A DNA stretch of 64,000 bases from an uncultured cyanobacterium (GTDB taxonomy: Bacteria > Cyanobacteriota > Cyanobacteriia > Pseudanabaenales > Pseudanabaenaceae). The stretch is taken from NCBI GenBank assembly GCA_963703315.1, contig OY969811.1:4448001-4512000 (forward strand), read 5' to 3'. Positions 32,701 to 41,472 of the stretch are shown here, piece by piece (the stretch's first letter is position 1; each line of letters begins with the position of its first letter). Under the pieces are notes generated by a model, which worked only from the letters and a program-made list of their open reading frames with translations, made no database searches and was not told where the DNA came from. The position numbers and the translations under genes were made by a program.

Positions 32701-32995
32701 ATACGATGACACAACTTGATTTCGCCTCTAGCTGCATAACTTCCAATTGATCAGACTCAGTTCTAATGGTTGTGCAGACAGAATGTTTCGTACTCATCAT
32801 CCTAATTGCATCAATCACCATTGTGTCGGGTGAAATCGTCAAAGGATTACGAATGATCGCAGAACTCAATGACCTTAATTCTGATTTAGTGAAAGTCGTA
32901 CTAGTAAGCATTGTATTTGTCATGAAAACCTTAAAAATGAAAGAATAGACAAGGATTCCTAATATTTGTCTCGAAATACTACTTGCTATGTTCAA
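29723..32995 (-). CDS. Hybrid sensor kinase: tandem CBS domains - GAF - PAS - HisKA - HATPase - REC
   Basis: GILTERDIV CBS repeats; CBCR-like GAF (CDRV..VPIL..LWG..REW); FLANMSHELRTPLN; GTGLGL; LMDIQMP. True start may be a little downstream. Confidence 0.9.
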   Translation of the reverse strand: MNIASSISRQILGILVYSFIFKVFMTNTMLTSTTFTKSELRSLSSAIIRNPLTISPDTMVIDAIRMMSTKHSVCTTIRTESDQLEVMQLEAKSSCVIVLRDEKLVGILTERDIVRLTAQKRSLDDLLVRDVMTYPVVTLNESTFPNLFFVANLLQKYRIRHIPILSEQNHLVGLLTHESIRQITSHEDILRSRTVSEVMTREVIWATANSSMLAITQLMFDHHISSVIIVQSDRQAETRQIPIGIVTERDIVQFQSLGLDLEAYLAQDVMSAPIITASPEDSLWALYRSMEERLVHRLAVTNEQGELLGIITRSSLFQVLNPLELHKQTEVLEQKVIQLESEKMQLLTNRNLELERQVEARTFELQEKVKREKLLAELSIQIRSSLSLQTILDTTVERVRQLLKCDRVNIIQLEADQNIIVAESTDSYLSTLGQVVNGIDTNQFRQVGCDAKCLRCAVGDIHATIMSAYGHTIIDKLQIRAQILVPILYADELWGFLSATESEKSREWEEEEIELLESLSVHLAIALHQVTINQKLQERLNECQLAEMRLRQSEAQSRAILATIPDIMVRVGADGIYRDYVTPYQDFGLLAKDSNIAGMAVKNVLPPDIAEQQLHYLRKALETGELQIYEQQLQVRDRLQDEEVRVLKYGDDEVLFMIRNISDRKKAERELHQLNQDLESKVEQRTKELKHTNQELARVTRLKDEFLANMSHELRTPLNAILGMTDGLKEHFFGTVNEQQIAALQIIESSGSHLLELIDDILDLAKIESGQIELDMISIPVNHLCQASLTFIKQQALQKRIQLEFKFQFNLPNILVDERRIRQVLINLLNNAVKFTPEGGHIRLEASLLTDELTDDLKPHQYLRIAVIDTGIGILPENIHKLFQPFMQIDSSLNREYNGTGLGLALVKRIVEMHGGMVGLTSEVDIGSTFTIDLPYIPICPIIDEKQDDNLAAETFSIDANIVDNSLILLVEDNAANISMFSQCLKTKGYHFLVAKDGQEAIDYARLHKPDLILMDIQMPKVDGIEAIKEIRADPHLMHTPIVAITALVMAGDRDRCLEAGANEYLAKPVKIKQLEITIQQFLGNQKINS

Positions 32996-33166
32996 ATATT
33001 CCTTAATAATACGAGATATCTAGAATAGGCATTGTTTTTACTTATCTCAATAGTCTTGCTTATCCTCAAATATTTGTTCAATTTCCCATAGATTGGTTAT
33101 TACACTTAGTATTGGAATATACTTTGGATATAAAGAGATTGTTAAATTTTAAAGAGATTCTTAATA

Positions 33167-33661
33167 ATGTATCCCCAAAGACTTGAACCGCAAGCAGGAC
33201 AGGAATCTGTTTGGGATTATCCCCGTCCAGCGATTTTAGAAGATACGGATAAGTATATTCGTGTGATTTGTAATGGAATTGTCTTAGCTGAAACGCAAAG
33301 GGCTAAGCGAGTTCTTGAAACCAGTCATCCACCTTGCTATTATATTCCTATGGAAGATATTAAAATGGAATATCTAGTTGCCACCTCCCGCCGCACTCGC
33401 TGCGAATGGAAAGGTATTAGTGAATATTATGATGTGGCGATCGCTGATAAATATATTCAGAATGCCGCATGGCGATATACGATCCCCACTCCTAATTTTG
33501 AAGATATCCAAAACTCGATCAGTTTCTACGGCAGCCTTATGGATGCTTGCTATGTTAATGATGAATTAATCACGCCCCAAGCAGGTGATTTCTACGGCGG
33601 CTGGATCACTTCCGATATTGTAGGACCGTTTAAAGGTGAATTAGGAACTTGGGGCTGGTAA
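33167..33661 (+). CDS. DUF427 domain protein
   Basis: QESVWDYPRP, VLETSHPP.YY, CEWKG, FYGGWIT, GPFKG. Confidence 0.88.
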   Translation: MYPQRLEPQAGQESVWDYPRPAILEDTDKYIRVICNGIVLAETQRAKRVLETSHPPCYYIPMEDIKMEYLVATSRRTRCEWKGISEYYDVAIADKYIQNAAWRYTIPTPNFEDIQNSISFYGSLMDACYVNDELITPQAGDFYGGWITSDIVGPFKGELGTWGW

Positions 33662-33729
33662 TACAGTTTAGGTTGGTGGCGCTTTGCGCCACCAACCTAA
33701 ACTATCTAAATCTGATTTGGTAGGAGAGT

Positions 33730-35547
33730 ATGACAGCAAACTTTTGGGATATAGTCCTTTATTTCCGACGCTATCGGACAATGGCGATCTGGAGCATTAC
33801 AGGTTCCAGTTTATTTGAGATTATTGACTTAACTGTTCCCTATGCCGTTGGGCAAATCCTGAATGTATTGTCAGGGCGATCGCTTGATCACGAAATCAAT
33901 AGCTTAGTAACGGCTACGGCGGCGTTATTTGGACAACCTGTTAATCAAACTAGTAGCTTAATTATTCTGTCAGGATTGATCTTTGTGGTGACGGTGATCC
34001 GTGCGCCAATTCAGGTGTGGGTTGCCAATAATTTCCATTGGGAAATTGCGCTCAAAACTCGTCGCGATCGCACCCAAAAGGCGATCGCCAAAATCTTGAC
34101 CTTACCGATTGAATTTTACGATGAGAATAATGCGGGACGGATTGCGGGTAGGGTGGCGCGTGGTTTAGCCAATCATATGTGGTCATATCCTGAAATCGCA
34201 GGGCAGTTAATTCCTAAAGTCGTGCGAATTCTCGGCATTTTTGTGATTATCTGCGCGATCGCATGGTGGATTTCGGCATTCTTTTTAGTCTCATTTATTT
34301 TAGTACTATTGGGAAGTTTGCAAAAACTCAAGGGATTAGTTAAAACAGAAGAAAACCTCGATATCTATCAAGAGAATACGGAAAGTCGCACTTCTGAAAT
34401 TATTACCAATATCAAAACTGTGAAGGCTTTTGCCAATGAAGCGAAGGAATATAAGCGCCAACGCGATCGCCTCGAACGGGAAGCAAAGGTATCTCTCTGG
34501 GGCATTCATATCGGTTATGTGAAGTTGGGCATGGTGCGCGATACGGTGCTAGAAGCCTGTCAATTTGTCGTGTTTGGCGCAGCCCTATTTGCAACTTTGG
34601 GCGGCAAGATGTCGATTGGACATTTCATTACTATTTCTACTTTAGCAAGCATGGCATATTCGGAAATCAAGCCAATTTGTCTATTAGCCGAAGTCTTTGC
34701 CCGTCGCTATTCCTCCATGTTGCGCTTCCATGAGTTCATGAAACAAGCCAATGGACAGGATGCCGCGATCGCTTTACATCCCGATACCAAATATCCGCAG
34801 TATCACTTTGATGGCAAAGTAGAGTTTCGCAATCTTACCTTTGGCTACGATCGCGATCGCCCTGTTCTTGAAAATATTCAATTCACCATCGAACCTTATG
34901 AAACAGTTGCATTAGTCGGAAAATCTGGTTCTGGCAAATCCACATTAGTGAAGTTATTATTCCGTTACTTCGAGCCGATTGGCGGCAGTATTTTGATTGA
35001 CGGCACAAGTATTACTGACCTTGATATTACGGGCTATCGTAAACGTTTAGCGATCGTGCATCAGGAAGTGGATATCTTTAATGGAACCTTAATGGATAAT
35101 CTCATTTATGGCAATCCTACAGCAACTTTTGAGCAGGTCAAAGAAGCCTGTGCGATCGCTAGTGTGGATGAGTTTATCCATCTCTTACCACGCGGCTATA
35201 ACACCATTGTCGGTGAGCGCGGGGTGAGACTTTCTGGTGGTCAGCGTCAAAGGTTGGGCATTGCACGGGCGCTGTTAGTCAATCCCGATATTCTGATCTT
35301 TGATGAAGCTACTTCTAGTCTTGATTATGAATCTGAGCGATCGATTCAACTTGCCATGCGTCGGATTCAGGGAACCTGCACCACGATTGTGATTGCTCAC
35401 CGTCTTAGCACTGTGCGCGAAGCCGATAAAATTGTAGTTTTAGATAAAGGTCAAGTTGTGGAAATTGGCTCCCATCAACAACTTCTATCGCAAGGTGGGA
35501 TCTATCATCGCTTACATTCACTCCAAGAAACAGGAGAACTGCTGTAA
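33730..35547 (+). CDS. ABC exporter, fused permease/ATPase
   Basis: N-terminal TM domain, GKSGSGKST, LSGGQRQR, FDEATSSLD. Confidence 0.92.
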   Translation: MTANFWDIVLYFRRYRTMAIWSITGSSLFEIIDLTVPYAVGQILNVLSGRSLDHEINSLVTATAALFGQPVNQTSSLIILSGLIFVVTVIRAPIQVWVANNFHWEIALKTRRDRTQKAIAKILTLPIEFYDENNAGRIAGRVARGLANHMWSYPEIAGQLIPKVVRILGIFVIICAIAWWISAFFLVSFILVLLGSLQKLKGLVKTEENLDIYQENTESRTSEIITNIKTVKAFANEAKEYKRQRDRLEREAKVSLWGIHIGYVKLGMVRDTVLEACQFVVFGAALFATLGGKMSIGHFITISTLASMAYSEIKPICLLAEVFARRYSSMLRFHEFMKQANGQDAAIALHPDTKYPQYHFDGKVEFRNLTFGYDRDRPVLENIQFTIEPYETVALVGKSGSGKSTLVKLLFRYFEPIGGSILIDGTSITDLDITGYRKRLAIVHQEVDIFNGTLMDNLIYGNPTATFEQVKEACAIASVDEFIHLLPRGYNTIVGERGVRLSGGQRQRLGIARALLVNPDILIFDEATSSLDYESERSIQLAMRRIQGTCTTIVIAHRLSTVREADKIVVLDKGQVVEIGSHQQLLSQGGIYHRLHSLQETGELL

Positions 35548-35611
35548 TTTAGTGAATGATGGCGCTTAGCGCCATCATTCGCTTTTGTTGTGCGAATTAA
35601 AAACTAAATCC

Positions 35612-35664
35612 AGTAATATCACAGCTAAGAAATGGCGTAGCCATTTCTTAGCTGTGATATTACT
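35612..35664. terminator. 25-bp perfect stem palindrome with GTA loop, includes the stop of the metal-binding protein gene
   Basis: AGTAATATCACAGCTAAGAAATGGC-GTA-GCCATTTCTTAGCTGTGATATTACT. Confidence 0.82.
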
Positions 35665-36691
35665 TAAAAGGCGTATATTTACCACCCAAGCCTTCAACAA
35701 TTGTGCGCGTATTCGCAATCAACATCCCTGCGTAGGTTTCTGCCTCACTACCCTGCGCTCCCAATCCATCAGCGTATAGTTCGCGATCGCTAACCTTAAC
35801 ATTGGCTTCTTTAGCAACAGCATTAATCAACTTAGGATTGATGGATACTTCTGCAAAAATTGTCGGTACTTTGCTAGATTTAATCACTTCAACTAATTCT
35901 TTAACTCTTGTCGGTGTTGCTTGTTCCTCAGTACTAATGCCATTCAATGCACCTTCAACGGGAATATTGTATGCCTTAGCGTAATAACCCAAAGCATCAT
36001 GGGTAGTAATCAATTTACGCGAATCAACAGGAATCGTAGCAATTTGCACTTTGATCCAAGCATCAATTTGTTCTAATTCATTTACAAGTTTTACAGTATT
36101 TTTTGCATAGGTTTCCGATTGATCGGGGCGTAGTGTACTCAAGCTTTTACTGATTGCCTGCGCGATTTTGATCCCATTTTGAGCATCATTCCAAACATGA
36201 GGATCGGCTTCCTTTCCCTCTTTATCTTTTTTATCCTGATCATGATCGTGATTATGTCCGACTTCTGCAATCAAAGGACGCAGCACTGCAACTTCATTCA
36301 CAGCAACTTTGGGAGAACTATTAGAACTTGCCTGAATCAGTTTGATCAAGTTCGCCTCAAAGTTATAACCACCATAGAGAACTAACTTAGCAGAGTCGAT
36401 CGCTTTGCGATCTTCAGGTTTAGGTTGATAGAGATGGACATCCGTACCACCCTCAACCAAGCATTTCAGGTCAATTGTATTGTCTGCAATTTGCCTCGCA
36501 AGATCACAAATAACAGAGTTGGTTGCCACGACTAAGGGTAGACTTTCAGTTTTAGCGGTGGTAGTAGTGGTGATCGGATTATTCGATGAGTTGCTTGGAT
36601 TTAAGCTACAAGAGGTCATGCTAGTAGCGATCGCTATTAAAAACCACAGCAGAGACTTTGAGAATAATTTTGTAGATAAATTTGAAGACAT
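35660..36691 (-). CDS. Zn/Mn ABC transporter substrate-binding lipoprotein (ZnuA/MntC cluster A-I)
   Basis: Lipobox MTSC, DVHLYQP, His/Asp-rich loop HNHDHDQD, DPHVWND, THDALGY, LYADGLG. Confidence 0.9.
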   Translation of the reverse strand: MSSNLSTKLFSKSLLWFLIAIATSMTSCSLNPSNSSNNPITTTTTAKTESLPLVVATNSVICDLARQIADNTIDLKCLVEGGTDVHLYQPKPEDRKAIDSAKLVLYGGYNFEANLIKLIQASSNSSPKVAVNEVAVLRPLIAEVGHNHDHDQDKKDKEGKEADPHVWNDAQNGIKIAQAISKSLSTLRPDQSETYAKNTVKLVNELEQIDAWIKVQIATIPVDSRKLITTHDALGYYAKAYNIPVEGALNGISTEEQATPTRVKELVEVIKSSKVPTIFAEVSINPKLINAVAKEANVKVSDRELYADGLGAQGSEAETYAGMLIANTRTIVEGLGGKYTPFK

Positions 36692-36709
36692 CTGGAGATT
36701 TTTAAATAA

Positions 36710-36724
36710 TGATAATCATTATCA
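36710..36724. promoter_or_regulatory. Zur-type (Fur family) operator
   Basis: TGATAATCATTATCA, a perfect 7-1-7 palindrome matching the cyanobacterial Zur consensus TGATAATNATTATCA, 18 bp upstream of the start codon. Confidence 0.8.
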
Positions 36725-36789
36725 TAATATCTTTGAAGAAATATTTGTTAGTGTCATAATTTATTTGCGCCCAAAACGATGATCCCCAC

Positions 36790-36980
36790 GTAGGGGCAAA
36801 GCATTCCCACAAAAATCCATAAGCTTTCAGATTGTTTTGGTTTGGGAATGCTCTGCCCTGAACTTGCAACGCAGGGACAATTTATCGGTAAAAGCGCAAA
36901 AGGTTTAGCATTTGCGTTTCAAGATGTTTCAAGATTATGTTGAGGAGAATAAAACGTTGGCACAAATGCTAAATCCCTAC
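36790..36980. repeat. Two GTAG-type REP doublets
   Basis: GTAGGGGCAAAGCATTCCCA...TGGGAATGCTCTGCCCT and GGTTTAGCATTTGCG...CACAAATGCTAAATCCCTAC. Confidence 0.6.
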
Positions 36981-37113
36981 AAGTGCTTTCTATATTTTAT
37001 TCGTATAACTAATAAATACAAGAAAATACAGATCCGTCTTTAGTTTAGATTACACCTCGCGATTTAGGGAATAATATGCAGTAATTTAATAATGTGTGTT
37101 TATTTAAAGAGAT

Positions 37114-39372
37114 ATGACCCCAACCCTCCCCACCGAGCAAATTGATCGCATTGTGTGGAATCAACACCACGACCCGTTTACAGTCCTTGGTCCCCATGAA
37201 ATTGAGCAAGATGGTAAGTCGGTATGGGTGGTTAGAGCGTATCTACCCGACGCAGAGGCAGTATCCGTAGTTACGCCCGATCAGCACAAGGAATATCCGA
37301 TGCATTCGGTGCATCATCCCCACTTTTTTGAATGCATAATTAGTGACGCGCCCCACCTATTTAGTTACCAATTTAAGGTGAAATCTGGAGGCAGCGATCG
37401 CCTAATTCATGATCCCTACTATTTCAAATCACCACTACTCACCGAATTTGATGCTTACCTATTTGGTGAAGGGACACATTATCAAATTTACGAAAAAATG
37501 GGCGCACACCCCACCACTATTGATGGTGTGAGTGGTGTATATTTTGCAGTTTGGGCTCCCAATGCCCGCAACGTCTCAATCATTGGTGACTTCAATAGCT
37601 GGGACGGACGCAAGCACCAAATGCGTAAAGGCAACACAGGTATTTGGGATCTGTTTATTCCTGAATTAGTTGTTGGCACTGTTTACAAATACGAAATTAA
37701 AAGTCCTGAAGGACATATCTACGAAAAATCTGATCCCTATGGATATTTTCAAGAGGTACGTCCCAAAACTGCTTCAATCGTCACCGATCTCAATACTTAC
37801 GAATGGGGCGATCAGAAATGGCTAGAAACACGACGTTCTGAAGATCCTCTCAAGAAGCCCATCTCGGTTTATGAAATGCATCTTGGCTCATGGATGCACG
37901 CCTCTACTACTAATCCACCTGAAAATGGCTATCCTAGCGTTTCTGCCGCCGATCTCAAGCCAGGGGCAAGATTTCTCACCTATCGTGAACTCGCTGAAGA
38001 TCTGATTCCTTACGTTAAGGAAATGGGCTATACCCATATCGAAATGATGCCCGTTGCTGAGCATCCCTTTGATGGTTCTTGGGGCTATCAGGTGACAGGC
38101 TACTATGCCGCGACCTCACGTTATGGCACGCCTCAAGACTTGATGTACTTCATTGATAAGTGCCACCAAAATAACATTGGGATCATTGTTGATTGGGTTC
38201 CCGCGCACTTTCCCAAGGATGGACATGGTTTATCCTTCTTTGACGGTACATTTCTCTATGAGCCAGCCGATGAGCGCATTGGGGAACATAAAGAATGGGG
38301 AACTAAAATCTTTAACTACAAGCGTAGTGAAGTCAAGAATTTTTTGATTGCCAATGTTCTCTTTTGGTTTGATAAATATCACATCGATGGGATTCGCGTT
38401 GATGCCGTTGCTTCAATGATCTATCGTGACTATAACCGCGAACCAGGTACATGGCTTGCTAATGAGTATGGTGGTCGTGAAAGTCTGGAAGCGATCGAGC
38501 TATTCCGTCACTTGCACAGCATTCTGTTTACCTATTACCCAGGCGCTTTATCCATTGCTGAAGAATCTACTTCTTGGCCAATGGTGACATGGCCCGCCTA
38601 CTCAGGAGGCTTAGGCTTTAACTTGAAGTGGAATATGGGCTGGATGCACGATATGCTCGACTACTTCAAGCTTGATCCCTATTTCCGAGGACATAACAAT
38701 AACTACCTCACTTTTAGTATTTGGTATGCCTTCAGTGAGAACTTTATGTTGGCGCTCTCCCATGATGAAGTGGTGCATGGCAAGAGTCCAATGATCGGCA
38801 AGATGCCAGGGGATGAGTGGCAGAAGTTTGCCAACCTGCGCTGTCTCTATGGCTATATGTTCACTCACCCTGGCAAGAAAACCATGTTCATGGGCATGGA
38901 GTTTGGTCAGTGGGCAGAATGGAATGTTTGGGGCGATTTGGAATGGCATTTGCTGCAATATCCTAGCCACAAGACACTTCAGAGATATGTGAGTGATCTC
39001 AACAAACTTTTGCGATCGCTACCTGAACTCTATACCCAAGATTTCTCAGAAGCTGGTTTTGAATGGATTGAGTGCAACGACACCCAAAACTCGGTGATAT
39101 CTTTCTTACGCAAAGCCGAAGATGGTGAGTTTGTGTTGGTAGTTTGTAACTTTACACCTGTTCCCCATCATAATTATCGTGTTGGTGTTCCTGAGAGAGG
39201 ATTCTATAAAGAAGTTCTCAACAGCGATGCTCCTATCTATGGTGGTACTGGTATTGGCAATCTTGGCGGCAAGTATACCGATGATTATGGTACGCATGGT
39301 AAACCTTACTCCATTGATGTGACTGCTCCTCCTTTAGGCGTGGTTGTCCTGAAATATCGAGGCGAAGTATAA
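37114..39372 (+). CDS. glgB: 1,4-alpha-glucan branching enzyme
   Basis: FAVWAPNA, SWGYQVTGYY, DWVPAHF, DGIRVDAVASM, AEESTSW, LSHDEVVHGK. Confidence 0.97.
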   Translation: MTPTLPTEQIDRIVWNQHHDPFTVLGPHEIEQDGKSVWVVRAYLPDAEAVSVVTPDQHKEYPMHSVHHPHFFECIISDAPHLFSYQFKVKSGGSDRLIHDPYYFKSPLLTEFDAYLFGEGTHYQIYEKMGAHPTTIDGVSGVYFAVWAPNARNVSIIGDFNSWDGRKHQMRKGNTGIWDLFIPELVVGTVYKYEIKSPEGHIYEKSDPYGYFQEVRPKTASIVTDLNTYEWGDQKWLETRRSEDPLKKPISVYEMHLGSWMHASTTNPPENGYPSVSAADLKPGARFLTYRELAEDLIPYVKEMGYTHIEMMPVAEHPFDGSWGYQVTGYYAATSRYGTPQDLMYFIDKCHQNNIGIIVDWVPAHFPKDGHGLSFFDGTFLYEPADERIGEHKEWGTKIFNYKRSEVKNFLIANVLFWFDKYHIDGIRVDAVASMIYRDYNREPGTWLANEYGGRESLEAIELFRHLHSILFTYYPGALSIAEESTSWPMVTWPAYSGGLGFNLKWNMGWMHDMLDYFKLDPYFRGHNNNYLTFSIWYAFSENFMLALSHDEVVHGKSPMIGKMPGDEWQKFANLRCLYGYMFTHPGKKTMFMGMEFGQWAEWNVWGDLEWHLLQYPSHKTLQRYVSDLNKLLRSLPELYTQDFSEAGFEWIECNDTQNSVISFLRKAEDGEFVLVVCNFTPVPHHNYRVGVPERGFYKEVLNSDAPIYGGTGIGNLGGKYTDDYGTHGKPYSIDVTAPPLGVVVLKYRGEV

Positions 39373-39471
39373 CGATCGCTAGCTTGTTTTCATAAAAAAG
39401 GGGCGCAATGCGCCCTTTTTTTATACGCCGCGAAAATCTATCACTATATCCATTTTTTCAATAATGTTTTC

Positions 39472-40239
39472 TTATAGAGAAAAGGATGAGCGAAGCTTTT
39501 GCTCAATCCTCCTTTCATCTAGATCGCTACTCAATGCTGTAGATTTGGGGCAAGTTCTAGTTTTAGAATTACATTGGCGTAAAAACTCTTGTTGCCAACT
39601 ATAAGGAATGGATAGTAAATCTCTAGCTCCCGTCATTCCCTGACCGATAAATAGAAGCAAAGCAAAGCAATTTAGAATTATGTGGATATTCCGCCAGCGA
39701 TTTTGTTTATCCTTGTAGATATCTTGAGTAATAGCTATCGAAACGATCATTAATATTGCCGCCACAAGACCATAGTAATAATGGGAAAAGAACCATTCAT
39801 TGTCGCGTCGAAATACTTCTGGTTGCGCCCCTAACACAATCAATCCCATTGATGTTGCCGCAGCAAAAATATTACGCCATATTCTGACCTTTGCTTTAAA
39901 CAGAAATGTAAAGGTAGCAATAGTGCCAATAAAAATAGCGATTACTAAAAATGCTCGTACAGGCTCTTTGGAGAAGATATCATTTTTGAGAAACTTAGAA
40001 GAAATGGGATAAGCCATCCCCAATAGAGCGACACCTACCACTGAGATGCTCAACCAGTGACCACCCTCTACATGTTCAGATCCCACAACTGGGGGGATTT
40101 TACTTTTTTCGCCGTTGATGACTTGCAAACGACGCTGACGAACCAGCCAAGCGCGATTGGTCACAATGCCAATCAAGGGAAACACTACAATAATAGCGAT
40201 CGCAGGATGTACTAAAGCAAAAAAGTCTTCCAGTTCCAT
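39472..40239 (-). CDS. DUF4079-like membrane protein
   Basis: LVHPAIAIIVVFPLIG, SHYYYG, WRNIHIILN, GMTGARDL. Probable start ATG 40239. Confidence 0.72.
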   Translation of the reverse strand: MELEDFFALVHPAIAIIVVFPLIGIVTNRAWLVRQRRLQVINGEKSKIPPVVGSEHVEGGHWLSISVVGVALLGMAYPISSKFLKNDIFSKEPVRAFLVIAIFIGTIATFTFLFKAKVRIWRNIFAAATSMGLIVLGAQPEVFRRDNEWFFSHYYYGLVAAILMIVSIAITQDIYKDKQNRWRNIHIILNCFALLLFIGQGMTGARDLLSIPYSWQQEFLRQCNSKTRTCPKSTALSSDLDERRIEQKLRSSFSL

Positions 40240-40384
40240 GGTCTTAATCCACGAATGATAGCTGTTGCCATTTGTCCTATAGGACAAACGGCAACAGCTA
40301 TCATATAGCAATTTTCTAAAAACCCCAAAAGAGATGGGTTACAACGCAACCCATCTCTTTTGGGATAACAATAATTATGTAAGT

Positions 40385-40678
40385 TTAAGAAGCATTGGCG
40401 AATAGGCGATCGCCCGATTCATAACCCTTATGTATATCGCTTTGATGATGCTTCCATGTACGTGAATTGAGAAATCTGGGTAACGCAACTTTACTAGTCG
40501 GAACTATATCAATAACCTGATGCTGTTCTGGCAAGTTGTAATCTTGGTCAAGATCTTGGGCAAAATCCTGTGCATCTCTCTCGATTTCACTTAAAACCTG
40601 TAAAGCCAGATGGAGATGAGCTTCCAGATAGTTAATTCGATTTTGTAGTGCTTCGATGGTCGCTTCTTGTGTGTTCAT
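40385..40678 (-). CDS. Hypothetical small protein with N-terminal coiled coil
   Basis: 97 aa; strong GGAGGT RBS upstream on the minus strand. Confidence 0.6.
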   Translation of the reverse strand: MNTQEATIEALQNRINYLEAHLHLALQVLSEIERDAQDFAQDLDQDYNLPEQHQVIDIVPTSKVALPRFLNSRTWKHHQSDIHKGYESGDRLFANAS

Positions 40679-41046
40679 AACATGACCTCCATCAGTGGGC
40701 TAATACTGATCTTTACCAATCCAAATATTTGAGACAGAGTGTAGTCTTTAAATCCACACTGTATCCTCCTGCAAAAGGATGATCCTACAAGAGAAGTGCG
40801 GTGTAAATTACAGGCAACGAATCCTAAGGGGATTTGAGAAAGAAGTTCCCAAGTATGGATATACGGAAGAATAAATTTATCTAATCCGAGGTAAATGAGG
40901 ACAGAGAGGGAACCGAAAAACTATTTAAGATTTTGTGTGGTGCGGCGAGGCCGTACAAGATCTGTTTTTTATTTTACTGCGCGTCCCCAAATCTTGTAGT
41001 TGCCTTACAGCAATAGCACACGTTTGCGAATAATTAATGAACAAGC

Positions 41047-41161
41047 TATAGCAAAAAAAGAGTTAGCTAGTACAAACCAAAACCCAAGAAGCGAGTTGCG
41101 GCGCTTCGCGCCGCAACTCATCTTCTGGTTTTATGTCCTAAGCAAAACTTGCTTTGCTATA
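41047..41161. mobile_element. 115-bp MITE-like element carrying a GCGGCGC-TTC-GCGCCGC hairpin
   Basis: Ends TATAGCAAA / TTTGCTATA. Homolog at 5784-5897; partial copy at about 45801-45828. Confidence 0.72.
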
Positions 41162-41472
41162 TAAATGCTTATCAGATAAAAATGAATACAAACCCTAAAA
41201 GCAAGTGGCGGCGCTTTGCGCCGCCACTTGCTTTTAGGGTTCTGCCCCAATTTCTATGACTATATATCTGGAAATGATACCCAAATTGAGATCGCTGATT
41301 TGATTGTCTTAGTGTATAATTCGGGCGTTCTATGTACTTTATTTTTTGAATATATAGAATTAATTGTTTTAGTACGTTAGATACGGAGCATCTTTTTTAG
41401 AGAGGCAAACAGGTTGGCATTATCGGCGTTCAGATCGGCATTTCCAATTGAAGTTTTGGGTAGAAAAGCAAA

